A DNA stretch of 64,000 bases, from the NCBI GenBank assembly GCA_965248835.1, contig CBDFLJ010000001.1, positions 1,696,001 through 1,760,000 of the forward strand, written 5' to 3'. Positions 38,250-48,321 of the stretch are shown piece by piece. The DNA comes from Alphaproteobacteria bacterium. Lineage in GTDB: Bacteria; Pseudomonadota; Alphaproteobacteria; MPNO01. Positions within the stretch are counted from its first letter, which is position 1. Every line of letters starts with the position of its first letter. Position numbers and translations under genes: made by a program. The notes beneath the pieces are model-generated. The model was not told the DNA's origin. It made no database searches and was given only the letters and a program-made list of their open reading frames with translations.

Positions 38250-39044
38250 TCAGATTGCGAGCCAGCCGCCGTCGATCGCGAGCGTGTGTCCGGTGACCAT
38301 CGAGGAGGCCTTGCTCGCCAGGTAGAGGATCCCGCCGGCCAGCTCCTCCGGCTCGCCGAAGCGGCCCATCGGCGTGCGCCCTTCGATCTCGGCGACGATT
38401 TCGGGACGGCGCTGACGCATGTCCGCGCCGAGGTTGGTGTAGAAGAAGGCCGGCGCGATCGCGTTCACCCGGATCCCGCGCGCGGCCCATTCGGCGGCCA
38501 GCGAGCGGGTCATGTTGACGATCGCGCCCTTGGTCGCCTGGTAGGGCAGGTGCGCGAAGAACGGGTTGCCGCGCAGCCCCATGATCGAGGCGATCGAGAT
38601 GATCCGCCCCTCGCCTCGGGGCAGCATGTGCCGGGCGGCCGCGCGCGCGCAGATGAAGGGCGCGGTCATGTTGACCTCCACCACCGCGTCCCAATCCTCG
38701 TCGGCCATCGTCTCGGCCGGGCCGCGCCGGGCGATGCCGGCGTTGTTGATCAGGATTTGCAGCCCGCCGAACTGCTCGGCCGCCTCATCGACTACCGCAT
38801 CGATCCGCTTGCGCTCGGCGACGTCGAGCTGGAAGGACTGGGCGATCCCGCCGGCATCGCGGATCTCGGCCGCCACCCGCTCGGCCGCATCGCCGTCGAT
38901 GTCGGTGACCGCGACGTTGGCGCCCGCACCCGCCAGCGCGATCGCGGACATCCGCCCCAGCCCACTGCCTGCACCGGTGACCAATGCCGTCTCGCCGTCG
39001 ATCCGGAACAGAGTCTCGATCGAGACCTTGTCGAAGCCCGCCAT
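38250..39044 (-). CDS. Short-chain dehydrogenase/reductase
   Basis: TGAGSGLG, NNAG, YQATK, VNAIAP, VTGHTLAIDGG. Confidence 0.92.
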   Translation of the reverse strand: MAGFDKVSIETLFRIDGETALVTGAGSGLGRMSAIALAGAGANVAVTDIDGDAAERVAAEIRDAGGIAQSFQLDVAERKRIDAVVDEAAEQFGGLQILINNAGIARRGPAETMADEDWDAVVEVNMTAPFICARAAARHMLPRGEGRIISIASIMGLRGNPFFAHLPYQATKGAIVNMTRSLAAEWAARGIRVNAIAPAFFYTNLGADMRQRRPEIVAEIEGRTPMGRFGEPEELAGGILYLASKASSMVTGHTLAIDGGWLAI

Positions 39045-39083
39045 AATCCCCCTCCGTCGCGCTGGTCCAGCCTGTCCCGAACA

Positions 39084-41819
39084 TTAGCGCAGGAGGAAAG
39101 CGCGTGTCTCGGCGACCGCCTCGGCGAGACCGAGGCGCGCGACCGGGACTTCGGGCGGGAAGGCGCCGAGCAGGCGGGAGGGCATCATCGGGTCGAGCAG
39201 GACGAACACGCCGTGGTCGTCGGCGCGGCGGACCAGGCGGCCGAAGGCCTGCTTGAGCCGCAGCCGGGCCAGCATGTCGTCGTAGCGCGACTCGCTGAAG
39301 GCCGCGCGGCGGGCGCGGTGGATGATGGTCGGGCGGGCCCACGGCACGCGGTCGAAGACGATCAGGCGCAGCGACCGGCCCGGCACGTCGACCCCGTCGC
39401 GCACGGCATCGGTGCCGAGCAGGCAGAAATCCTCCTCCGCGCGGAAGATGTCGACCAGACTGCCGGTATCGAGGTTGTCGACATGCTGGGCGAGAAGGGT
39501 CAGCCCGTCGGCCTCGAGCGGTCCGGCGATGCGCTCATGCACTCGGCGCAGCCTGGAGATCGCGGTGAACAGGCCGAGCGCACCGCCGCCCGCGGCCTGC
39601 ATCAGCGCGCGGTAGGCGCCGGCGACCTGGCCGAGATCGTCCTTGCGCACGTCATTGACGATGAACACGCGGGCAAGGCGGGCGTAGTCGAACGGCGAGG
39701 GCGCCTCGACCCGCGTGGCCGGCGCGGCCAGATGAGCGGTGCCGGTGCGCGCCTCCGCCGCCCGCCAGTCGTGTTCGACGTCGCCGGTGCCGTCGCGCAG
39801 GGTCGCCGAGGTGACCACCAGCCCGTGGGTCGAGGAAGCGACCAGCCTGGCGAACGGCAGGGACGGATCGATCCAGTGCCGGTGCATGCCGATATCGACG
39901 TCGCGCCCGTCGACCCGACTGACCGAGAACCAGTCGACGAAGGTCTCCGGCGGGTCGGTGGACAAATCGGCGAGCATCGCCCGCCAGGCCTCGAGCTGGC
40001 CCTCGATGCGCCGGCGCAGGCCCCGGGCGACCGCATCGATGCGGTTGCGGGTGGGCGTGTCGAGCGTCTCGGCGCGCTCCTCCAGCAGGCTCGCCAGCCG
40101 CGCCGTCAGCGCGCGGCCGGGCGCGATCAGCGCGTCCAGGGCTTCTCCCAGCCCGGCCGCCGCCTCGATAAGCCCGGCAACCGGCGGGCGCGCGTCGGCC
40201 TCCAGGTCATAGGGCGTGCGGGCGTCGCCCGCCCGAGCGTAGACCTGCTGGCGGACCGCGGCGAGGAAGGTCTCTGCCGCCCCGCGCGGCGTGCCGGCGG
40301 CCAGCCGCTGGTGCCATCCGGCGCCCGGCAGGAAGCGCGCGGCGGCCAAGGTCATCGCCATGCGTTCGCCGGTGGCATCGTCGATCGCGGCGATATCCTC
40401 GATCCGCCGGGCGAGACCGCGGGCGCGCCGGCCGCGCGTGTCCTCCGGCCCGAGCAGCCAGATCCGGACATCGGCGGCCTCCTGGCCGGACAGCCGGGCG
40501 GAGAACGCGCCGTCGGCTGCATCGAAGACGTGATGGCCCTCGTCGAACACCACGCGGCTCGGCACGAACCCGTCATCGAGCCCGCCGAGTGCGGCCTGGG
40601 TCATGACCAGGGCATGGTTGGCGACTACGATATCGGCACGCCGGGCGCGGCGCACCGTGCGCTCGATGAAGCATTTCTGGTAGTGCGCGCACGCCGAGTA
40701 GAGGCATTCGCCGCGCCGGTCCGCGAGGCCCAGGGTGTTGCGCGGACCCAGGAGGTCGGCGAGCCAGGCCGGGAAGTCGCCGCCCTGAAGGTCGCCGTCG
40801 CGGGTCCGCGCGGCCCAGCGGGCGACCAGCCCCAGCGCCGCCGCATCCCCGGCCCTGGTGCCCAGCCGTTCGACCGCGTCCTCCAGATTGAGCAGGCAGA
40901 GATAGTTCTCGCGGCCCTTGCGGACGACCACCTTGCGCCGCTTGAGGACGGGATCGGGATAGAGCCGGTCGAGCTCTGTGTCGATCTGGCGCTGCAGGTT
41001 CCGGGTGTAGGTGCTGATCCACACCGGTCCGCCGTTGCGCTCGGCCCACAGGCTCGCCGGCGCGATGTAGCCCAGCGTCTTTCCGACCCCGGTGCCGGCC
41101 TCGGCGATGACCGCGGCCGGTTCGTCCTCGACATCGCGCGGGACGAAGGCCGCGGTCAGCGCCGAGGCGAAATCGGCTTGCCCCGGCCGATCCTCGGCCT
41201 CCGGCCCGAGCAGATCGGCGAGCCTGCGGCGGGCGGCATCCGCCGCGATCGGCGCGGTGCCGGCCGGCGCTTCCGGAGCGTGGTCCGAGGCCTCGGGCAG
41301 GCGGTGCCAGACCCGGAGCCCGGCGGCCTTGGCGACCGCGTCATCGGCCCCGCCCAGCCGGTCGAGCACCGCGCCGGCCCAGGGCCAGCGCCCGGCCGCC
41401 ATCGCCGCGGCGATCGCCGCCGCATCGGGGTTTTCGTGCGGCCCGGTGTCGGCAAGCTCGGCCAGCAAGGCGTGCGCCGCCCGGGCCAGCGTGGCCGCTT
41501 CCTCGGCCAGCGTCTGGGGCCGCGGCAGGTCGAGCGCATCGGCGATGCCGCCTACGGTCGGCAGGCAGGGTCGGGCCGGGCGGACGAAGGCGAACAGCTC
41601 CAGGATGTCGCGGGCCGGGAACGGCGCCAAGCCGAGCCGGCGCGCGACCGCCTTGGCGTGACAGAGGATCGGCACGAGGCCGCGTTCGATCGCCGCGGCG
41701 GCCTCGCGGTGGGAGACCTCCCGCGCACGAGCGCCGTCATCCAGGATCACGGCCGAGCGGAGCCCCGCGACCAGGACCGCGTGCGGCAGGGCGTCGACGA
41801 AAAGGTCGGTCTCGGCCAT
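39084..41819 (-). CDS. dinG: DinG-family ATP-dependent DNA helicase
   Basis: EAGTGVGKT, KGRENYLC, Fe-S Cys cluster CLYSAC..C, VVANH, DEGH, TSATL, QAFGRLVR. Confidence 0.93.
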   Translation of the reverse strand: MAETDLFVDALPHAVLVAGLRSAVILDDGARAREVSHREAAAAIERGLVPILCHAKAVARRLGLAPFPARDILELFAFVRPARPCLPTVGGIADALDLPRPQTLAEEAATLARAAHALLAELADTGPHENPDAAAIAAAMAAGRWPWAGAVLDRLGGADDAVAKAAGLRVWHRLPEASDHAPEAPAGTAPIAADAARRRLADLLGPEAEDRPGQADFASALTAAFVPRDVEDEPAAVIAEAGTGVGKTLGYIAPASLWAERNGGPVWISTYTRNLQRQIDTELDRLYPDPVLKRRKVVVRKGRENYLCLLNLEDAVERLGTRAGDAAALGLVARWAARTRDGDLQGGDFPAWLADLLGPRNTLGLADRRGECLYSACAHYQKCFIERTVRRARRADIVVANHALVMTQAALGGLDDGFVPSRVVFDEGHHVFDAADGAFSARLSGQEAADVRIWLLGPEDTRGRRARGLARRIEDIAAIDDATGERMAMTLAAARFLPGAGWHQRLAAGTPRGAAETFLAAVRQQVYARAGDARTPYDLEADARPPVAGLIEAAAGLGEALDALIAPGRALTARLASLLEERAETLDTPTRNRIDAVARGLRRRIEGQLEAWRAMLADLSTDPPETFVDWFSVSRVDGRDVDIGMHRHWIDPSLPFARLVASSTHGLVVTSATLRDGTGDVEHDWRAAEARTGTAHLAAPATRVEAPSPFDYARLARVFIVNDVRKDDLGQVAGAYRALMQAAGGGALGLFTAISRLRRVHERIAGPLEADGLTLLAQHVDNLDTGSLVDIFRAEEDFCLLGTDAVRDGVDVPGRSLRLIVFDRVPWARPTIIHRARRAAFSESRYDDMLARLRLKQAFGRLVRRADDHGVFVLLDPMMPSRLLGAFPPEVPVARLGLAEAVAETRAFLLR

Positions 41820-41916
41820 GGCCGATCATAATACAGCCGCGGCGTGCGCGCCGATTCCCCTTCGGCCGCCGATGCGCTAGGGTCCGCGCCGTCCCACGGG
41901 AGCACGAAAGCAGGCG

Positions 41917-43509
41917 ATGGGCGATCAGCGGGCATTGGCGAAGCACGCGCGGTCCTGGCCGTTCGAGGAGGCGCGCAAGGTCGCCGAGCGGATCGGCGGG
42001 AAGGTTCCGGCGAAGGGCTACGTGCTGTTCGAGACCGGCTACGGCCCCTCGGGCCTGCCCCATATCGGGACGTTCGGCGAGGTCGTGCGCACCCAGATGG
42101 TCCGCCACGCCTTCGGGTTGCTGTCCGACGTGCCGAGCCGGCTGTTCGCGTTCTCCGACGACATGGACGGGCTGCGCAAGGTGCCCGACAACATTCCCAA
42201 CCCGCAGGCCATGGCGCCTCATCTCGGCAAGCCGCTGACGGCGGTCCCCGATCCGTTCGGCACCCACGACAGCTTTGGCCACCACAACAACGCACGCCTG
42301 TGCACCTTCCTCGACCGGTTCGGCTTCGACTACGCGTTCAAGAGCGCGACCGAATGCTACAAGGCCGGGCTGTTCGATGAGACCCTGCTTGCCGTGCTGG
42401 CCGACTATGAGCGGATCACCAACGTCATCCTGCCGACGCTGGGGTCCGAGCGGCGGGCGACCTACAGCCCTTTCCTGCCGATCTGCCCCGCTACCGGCCG
42501 GGTCCTCCAGGTCGCGATCATCGCCCGCGACGCCGACGCGGGCACCGTCGCCTATCGGGACGAAGCCGGGCGGACGGTTGAGGTGCCGGTCACCGGCGGC
42601 CATTGCAAGCTGCAATGGAAGGCGGACTGGGCGATGCGCTGGGTGGCGCTGGACGTCGACTACGAGATGTCGGGCAAGGATCTGATCGATTCGGTTCGCC
42701 TGTCGGGGCGGATCGCCAAGTTGCTCGGCGCCCGCCCGCCCGCCGGCGTCACCTACGAGCTTTTCCTCGACGAGGCCGGCGAGAAGATCTCCAAGTCGCG
42801 CGGCAACGGGCTGTCGGTCGAGGAGTGGCTGATCTACGCCCCGGCCGAGAGCCTGGCGCTGTTCATGTACAACGCGCCGAAGAAGGCCAAGCGGCTCTAT
42901 TTCGACGTCATTCCGCGCCAGGTCGATGACTATCTCGGCTGGCTGGACAAGTACCCCGACCAGGACGGTGCGGCGCGGCTCGACAACCCGGCGTGGCACA
43001 TCCATGCCGGCGGCCCGCCGGCGCCCGAAAGCCCGATCGGATTCGGCTTGCTGCTCAACCTGGCCAGCGTGTGCAACACCGAGGACAAAGCGGTCCTATG
43101 GGGGTTCATCAGCCGCTACGATGCCCATGCCGCGCCCGGGACGGCACCGATCCTCGACCGGTTGGTCGGCCATGCGATCGCCTATTACCGCGACCGGGTC
43201 AAGCCCGCCAAGTTCTACCGGGCGGCGGGCTCGGTCGAGCGCGCGGCGCTGGCCGATCTTGCCGCCGCCCTGCGCAGCCTGCCCGTCGATGCCGATGCCG
43301 AGATCATCCAGACCGAGGTCTACGAGGTCGGCAAGCGCCATCCCTTCGAGACGCTGCGCGACTGGTTCCGCGCGCTCTACGAGATTCTCCTGGGCCAGAG
43401 CCAGGGTCCGCGCTTCGGCTCCTTTGTCGCGCTCTACGGGCTGGCCGAATCGATCGCCCTGATCGAGCGCGCGCTCGCCGGCGAGGATCTCGCCGTCGAG
43501 GCCGGGTAG
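41917..43509 (+). CDS. lysS: Lysine--tRNA ligase, class I
   Basis: [17 protein letters not shown] (HIGH-like), KISKS (KMSKS-like), GPRFGSF. Confidence 0.96.
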   Translation: MGDQRALAKHARSWPFEEARKVAERIGGKVPAKGYVLFETGYGPSGLPHIGTFGEVVRTQMVRHAFGLLSDVPSRLFAFSDDMDGLRKVPDNIPNPQAMAPHLGKPLTAVPDPFGTHDSFGHHNNARLCTFLDRFGFDYAFKSATECYKAGLFDETLLAVLADYERITNVILPTLGSERRATYSPFLPICPATGRVLQVAIIARDADAGTVAYRDEAGRTVEVPVTGGHCKLQWKADWAMRWVALDVDYEMSGKDLIDSVRLSGRIAKLLGARPPAGVTYELFLDEAGEKISKSRGNGLSVEEWLIYAPAESLALFMYNAPKKAKRLYFDVIPRQVDDYLGWLDKYPDQDGAARLDNPAWHIHAGGPPAPESPIGFGLLLNLASVCNTEDKAVLWGFISRYDAHAAPGTAPILDRLVGHAIAYYRDRVKPAKFYRAAGSVERAALADLAAALRSLPVDADAEIIQTEVYEVGKRHPFETLRDWFRALYEILLGQSQGPRFGSFVALYGLAESIALIERALAGEDLAVEAG

Positions 43510-43545
43510 GCGCGGAACCGAACCGCCCCCGACCGGGGGCCGGGC

Positions 43546-44376
43546 TCAGAGCTTGCCGATCTGCACTGCCGCATCGGCGTAGAGGACGTCGCGCACGGCG
43601 GTGGCGGCCTTGGCATGGAAGGCCGCCGCTTCCTCATCGAAGTCGCGTTCGGGGATCGGCGTCGGCGCGAAATTGCCGAACGGGTCGCTGCCGCGCACCA
43701 GGGCGGCGCTGTCCCACGCGCCGACGGTCTGCATGGTGTCCGGCGGCATGAAGTGCATCGAGACGCCGATCCGCCGGTCGGCCGCGCGGTTGGGCCCCGA
43801 GGCATGGGCCAGGCGGTAGCTGTGGAGCGACATCTGGCCGGTCTCGAGCGGCATGAACACGGCCTTGTCCTCGTCGATGCCCTCGCTGATCCGCTGGCCG
43901 CGGGTCAGCATGTTGTCCTCGTGATAGGCGTCCTCATGCGCCAGCACCGCGCCGACATGGGTGCCCGGCATGACCCGCATGCTGCCGGCCTCCAGGCTCG
44001 CCGGTGACAGCGCGAGCCAGGCGCTGACCACATGCTCCGAAGACAGCCCCCAGTAGCGGGTGTCCTGGTGCCACGACACGAAGCTCGGCGAGCCCGCGTC
44101 CTTGATCCAGAAGATCGTGTTCCAGCACAGGATGTCCGGCCCGATGAGCTGCTCGATCGGGTCCAGCACCCGGGCGTCGCGGATCAGGTCGTCGAGCCAC
44201 TTGAACAGCAGGTGCGACTTGTTGCGCTCGGCCGCCTTGAGCCGGCCGCCGTTGCGCGCCTCGACCGCCTCCAGCCTGCGCCGCAGCCCGGCGGCCTCTT
44301 CCTCGTCCATGACGGTGAACGGGAAGGCATATCCGTCGCGCCGGAACTGCTCGATCTGTGCCTCGGTCATCGCCAT
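43546..44376 (-). CDS. Phytanoyl-CoA dioxygenase (PhyH) family Fe(II)/2OG enzyme
   Basis: WHQD, SAWLAL, VMPGTH, HASGPN..RR. Confidence 0.92.
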   Translation of the reverse strand: MAMTEAQIEQFRRDGYAFPFTVMDEEEAAGLRRRLEAVEARNGGRLKAAERNKSHLLFKWLDDLIRDARVLDPIEQLIGPDILCWNTIFWIKDAGSPSFVSWHQDTRYWGLSSEHVVSAWLALSPASLEAGSMRVMPGTHVGAVLAHEDAYHEDNMLTRGQRISEGIDEDKAVFMPLETGQMSLHSYRLAHASGPNRAADRRIGVSMHFMPPDTMQTVGAWDSAALVRGSDPFGNFAPTPIPERDFDEEAAAFHAKAATAVRDVLYADAAVQIGKL

Positions 44377-44388
44377 CGCACCGCCTCC

Positions 44389-45390
44389 TCAGGATGCCAC
44401 GCCCCAGACCAGCCCCAGCTCCTTCAACCAGCGGCGGTAGGCGACCGAGTACTTGTCGACGCGGACGTGCATCTCATCGGTCAAATCCAGCGGGATGCGC
44501 TTCGGGCGCTGGGACTCCACGACCCACTTGTCCTGGGCGAAGACCTCGTCCTGGCGGGCGATGATCTGCTCCTCGCTCACCTGGTCGCCGAAATTGATCG
44601 CGACCAGCAGCCAGACCAGGCAGTCGTCTTCAGCGAGTGGGGTCAGCGTCAGCATCATGCAGAACATGTTGCCATCGCCCGTGTCCTTGGCGAAATACGC
44701 GGTCAGCGGGCGCGGGATCCAATAGCGGTATTCCGCCATCACCGGCATGCCGCGGTGATCGGCGAATGGCTGGTAGACCCAGACCGGGCTCAACCGCAGC
44801 CCGTCCTCGTCGCGCGTCACCTCCAGGTCGTCGATCACGTCCGGCCTGCTCGGGTCGCCGTTTATCATCGGATGGACATGCGGGAAATGCGCGATATCGG
44901 TGTAGTTCTCGATCGTCCGGAAAGGGTTGGCGTGGAAGTTGTAGGGCCCGACGACCAGCTTGCGGAAGGAGTTGCTGGACCATTCCGGGAAGGTCGGCAC
45001 ATCGCGCTCGGGCGTGCCCATCGAGGCCCAGATAAAGCCGTACTTTTCCTTGGCGCGATAGGTCTCCACACGCGCCTTGGCCGGCGGCTTGACGCCCGGC
45101 ATCGCCGGGATCAGCGTGCACGCCCCACCGCGGTCGTAGTGCCAGGCGTGATAGGGGCAGACGAGCCGGCCGCCATCGACCTTGCCCAGCGACAGCCTGG
45201 AACCGCGGTGGACGCAGTAGTCGCGCCAAGCCATCACCTTGCCGCCCGAGCGCCACAGGACGATGTCGGTCCCCAGCAGCCGCGCCGGCATGACGGCATC
45301 CTCGGCCAGATCGCTCGACCGGCCGACGACGAACCAGTCGTTCAGCATCACCGGATCGTCGACCGGGGCGTCCTCCAAGGTCAGGGCCAT
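44389..45390 (-). CDS. Rieske non-heme iron oxygenase (alpha-only type, possible demethylase)
   Basis: CVHRG..CPYH, ENYTDIAHFPHVH, QDKWVVESQ. Confidence 0.9.
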   Translation of the reverse strand: MALTLEDAPVDDPVMLNDWFVVGRSSDLAEDAVMPARLLGTDIVLWRSGGKVMAWRDYCVHRGSRLSLGKVDGGRLVCPYHAWHYDRGGACTLIPAMPGVKPPAKARVETYRAKEKYGFIWASMGTPERDVPTFPEWSSNSFRKLVVGPYNFHANPFRTIENYTDIAHFPHVHPMINGDPSRPDVIDDLEVTRDEDGLRLSPVWVYQPFADHRGMPVMAEYRYWIPRPLTAYFAKDTGDGNMFCMMLTLTPLAEDDCLVWLLVAINFGDQVSEEQIIARQDEVFAQDKWVVESQRPKRIPLDLTDEMHVRVDKYSVAYRRWLKELGLVWGVAS

Positions 45391-45489
45391 CGTCGCTCCG
45401 CGCCGTCAGGGGGAAGCGTCAGTGTGCCAATTCGGCGGGGATTCGTCCACACCCGGTGCGCCGAGCCTCCGGGCAAAGATCCATCGCCG

Positions 45490-46413
45490 TCATCGCTCGA
45501 CCGCGGTCTGCATCCCGGCGAAGCGCTCCGCGCCGGCCGGGAAGGCCCATTCGGCGAACGTCTCCGGTCCCGGCGTCCACTCGCCCGGCACCCAGGCGTC
45601 GGTGACGTGGTCAGTATCGAAATCGTATTCCGCCGCCCCGCCGCAGGGGTTGCGGAAATACCAGAAATAGGCCGATGAGACCGGGTGCCGACCGGGGCCG
45701 ATATGGGTCTGCCAGCCCTGGTCGGTCATGTACAGCCCGCCGCCGAACACCTCGTGGATGCTGCCGACCTCGAAGGCGACATGGTGGAAACCGGTCTCGC
45801 CGTTGTTCAGCAGGAACAGGTTGTGGTGCTCGTGGTTGGCGTTGGCGCGCAGGAACGCGCCGCGCTCGGGATAGGTGTCGGTCAGCCGGAAATCGAGCGC
45901 TTCGCGGTAGAAGTCCACCGCCTGGTCGAGCTTCGGCGCCTGGAGGACGACATGGGCGAGGATCCGCGGCCGGGCGCGCGCGCAGATCTCGGCCCGCCGG
46001 TCGATGCGCCCATGCGCACCGGGCCTGTTGTAGGCGATGTCCGCCGCCTCCACCGGCCGGCGGCGGCTCACCTGCAGGGCAATCGCATAGCCATTGGGAT
46101 CGACCGCCCGGACGATGCCGTCTTCGATGTCCACGTCGGTCAGCCCGCCCAGTCGGGCGGCGGCCTCGTCGAGGTCGGAGTCGGCGGCCACCCCCCAGGT
46201 GATCTCGCGCGCGGTGTTGCCCGCAACCGGCGCCGGCGGCAGATCCGCCGTCTCGGACGGCCGGACCACGATGGTCGTACCCTCTTCGGTCTCGAAGACC
46301 AGCCGGTCCTGGCCGTCTTCGGCGACGCTCAGCCCGAAATCCGTCCAGAACCTGCGCGCGGCCGCCATGTCGTCGACGCCGAAGGTCACCGTCTCCGGTC
46401 CCAATACGTTCAT
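45490..46413 (-). CDS. VOC-family extradiol ring-cleavage dioxygenase-like protein
   Basis: Two VOC domains; LAHVVL, HHNLF, FHHVAFE, GPGRH, YFRNPCGGAAEY. Confidence 0.85.
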   Translation of the reverse strand: MNVLGPETVTFGVDDMAAARRFWTDFGLSVAEDGQDRLVFETEEGTTIVVRPSETADLPPAPVAGNTAREITWGVAADSDLDEAAARLGGLTDVDIEDGIVRAVDPNGYAIALQVSRRRPVEAADIAYNRPGAHGRIDRRAEICARARPRILAHVVLQAPKLDQAVDFYREALDFRLTDTYPERGAFLRANANHEHHNLFLLNNGETGFHHVAFEVGSIHEVFGGGLYMTDQGWQTHIGPGRHPVSSAYFWYFRNPCGGAAEYDFDTDHVTDAWVPGEWTPGPETFAEWAFPAGAERFAGMQTAVER

Positions 46414-46422
46414 CGTCGCTTC

Positions 46423-47388
46423 CTATTCCGCTGCCTGAAGGGTGTTCGACAGCCGGCCGATCCTCTCGATCTCGACCTCGATCGTATCGCCGGGCTTCAT
46501 GAAGACCTTGGGGTCGCGGCCGAAGCCCACGCCGGCCGGCGAGCCGGTGGTCACGAGGTCGCCCGGCTCGAAGCGGTACCATCTGGAGAAATAGGACACC
46601 AGATCGATGACGCCGTAGATCAGGTCGTCGGTCCTGGTCGACTGCATCACCTCGCCGTTGAGCGTCGTGGTGAGCTGCAGGTCGTGCGGATCGGGGATCT
46701 CATCGGCGGTGGCGATCACCGGGCCGCAGGGGGTGAAGCCGGGTAGCTGCTTGCCCATGATGTTGCGCTCCCAGCTTTGGATCGCACCGAATCTGCCCTC
46801 GGCGGCCATGACCTCGGGAACCCAGTTGCGCGCCGATACGTCGTTGCAGATGGTATAGCCCGCGACGTACGCCAAGGCGTCGGCGGGATCGATGTTGTGG
46901 CAGGTCCGCCCGAAGACGAAGGTGAACTCGCCCTCGAAATCGAGCATGTCCGGGCATTGCGGCGGCACGGGGATCGGCTTGCCCGACCCGGTCAGCGAGC
47001 ACGCCGCCTTGATGAAGGCGGTCGGGTTCTTGGGCTCCGGCGTGCCGCTCATCTCCGCCAGGTGACGCCGGTAGTTCAGACCGGCCGACAGGATCAGGCG
47101 CGGGTCGGGTACCGGCGCGCGCAGCGGCGTCTGGCTCAGCGCACGCAGGACGCCGGACCCGGTCAGCCGGCTTCGTTCGGCCGCCGACAGCCCTTCGACG
47201 GCGGCAACGACCCGGCGGACAAGGGCGAGCCCGTCGGCGCCGGCCTCGAGCAGAGTCCGGATCGAGGGCGGGACGAGCCGCGCGGCCGCGATCGTCTCGC
47301 CGGCGAGCGCGAGGTCCAGGACCGTCTCGTCGTCGATCAGCACGCCCGGATGTCCGGCGGCTCCGCTATCGATGGTCACAAGCTTCAT
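46423..47388 (-). CDS. Fumarylacetoacetate hydrolase family protein
   Basis: GLNYRRH, DFEGE, NDVSAR, GK..FTPCGP, PGDLVTTGSPAGVG. Start at MKLVTI. Confidence 0.92.
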   Translation of the reverse strand: MKLVTIDSGAAGHPGVLIDDETVLDLALAGETIAAARLVPPSIRTLLEAGADGLALVRRVVAAVEGLSAAERSRLTGSGVLRALSQTPLRAPVPDPRLILSAGLNYRRHLAEMSGTPEPKNPTAFIKAACSLTGSGKPIPVPPQCPDMLDFEGEFTFVFGRTCHNIDPADALAYVAGYTICNDVSARNWVPEVMAAEGRFGAIQSWERNIMGKQLPGFTPCGPVIATADEIPDPHDLQLTTTLNGEVMQSTRTDDLIYGVIDLVSYFSRWYRFEPGDLVTTGSPAGVGFGRDPKVFMKPGDTIEVEIERIGRLSNTLQAAE

Positions 47389-47440
47389 GGCAGGCCTCTC
47401 GTGGCAACACCGGGATCGGGACCGGCTGGCAAGCAAGTAT

Positions 47441-47476
47441 GGCAGCGCCGCGGCCGGTGTTACAACCGGCGCTGCC
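47441..47476. promoter_or_regulatory. Inverted repeat/possible operator between divergent genes
   Basis: GGCAGCGCCG (47441-47450) and CGGCGCTGCC (47467-47476) are perfect inverted arms around a spacer containing TGTTACA. Confidence 0.35.
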
Positions 47477-47662
47477 GCCTGTTCTATGATGATGCGGGTT
47501 CCGGGGCGGGCACGGAGTTTCGGGTGAGGCGATGAACGACGGCGTGATCCGGCACCCCGCCATCCGCGCGGCCATCGGCGTCGATGCGGCATCCGCTATC
47601 GGCGGGCTATTCGGCCGGTGGCCGTGGATGCGCAACCGCCGGCCCCGGCAAGGTGGGCCGGA

Positions 47663-48292
47663 ATGAGACGGCCGATCGAATTCTACTTCGATTTCATCTC
47701 GCCCTTCGGCTATCTCGCCGCCGACGCGATCGAGGATCTGGCGGCCGAGTTCGGCCGCACGGTCGACTGGCACCCGTTCCTGTTGGGCGTGACGGTGATT
47801 CAGGTGATGGGCCTGAAGCCGCTGATGGAGACCCCGCTGAAGGCCGATTACATGCTGATCGACCGGCCCCGCATGGCGCGCCTGTTGGGCGTGCCGCTGA
47901 AGATCCCCGACATGCGCGGGGTGAACTCCGTCGCGGCCGCACGCGCCTATTACTGGCTGGCCGAGTCCGAGCCGGCGCTCGCCAAGGCGCTCGCCCGCCG
48001 GCTGCTGCGCCGGCTCTGGATCGAGGGGGCGGACATCACCGCGCCCGAGACCGTGATCGCCGAGGCCGCCGCGTGCGGCGCCGACGGGCCGGGCCTGCGC
48101 GCCGCGCTCGCCGGGCAGGCGGTCAAGGACAGGCTGCGCGAGGCCGTCGACCGGGCGGTTGCGCGCAAGGTTTTCGGATCGCCCTTCTTCATCGTCGACG
48201 ACCAGCCGGTCTGGGGCGTCGACCGGCTGTGGATGGTCCGCCACTGGCTCGTGCACGGTAGCTGGGACCGCGCGCCCGACACGCCGATCTGA
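47663..48292 (+). CDS. 2-hydroxychromene-2-carboxylate isomerase (kappa GST/DsbA family)
   Basis: IEFYFDFISPFGY, VFGSPFFIVD, WGVDRL. Confidence 0.9.
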   Translation: MRRPIEFYFDFISPFGYLAADAIEDLAAEFGRTVDWHPFLLGVTVIQVMGLKPLMETPLKADYMLIDRPRMARLLGVPLKIPDMRGVNSVAAARAYYWLAESEPALAKALARRLLRRLWIEGADITAPETVIAEAAACGADGPGLRAALAGQAVKDRLREAVDRAVARKVFGSPFFIVDDQPVWGVDRLWMVRHWLVHGSWDRAPDTPI

Positions 48293-48321
48293 GGGCCGCA
48301 CCGGCTTGTCCGGAACGTCGG

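Noticed and set aside
38286-41831. 1181-aa plus-strand ORF (and similar long ORFs at 312-1574, 1478-3610, 3831-5768, 60364-63384)
   Set aside because: Antisense shadows of real genes; the GC-rich codon bias leaves few stops on the opposite strand, and there are no recognisable motifs.
43525-43540. GCCCCC-GACC-GGGGGC hairpin between convergent lysS and phyH
   Set aside because: Only a 6-bp stem with no U-tract; too weak to call a terminator.
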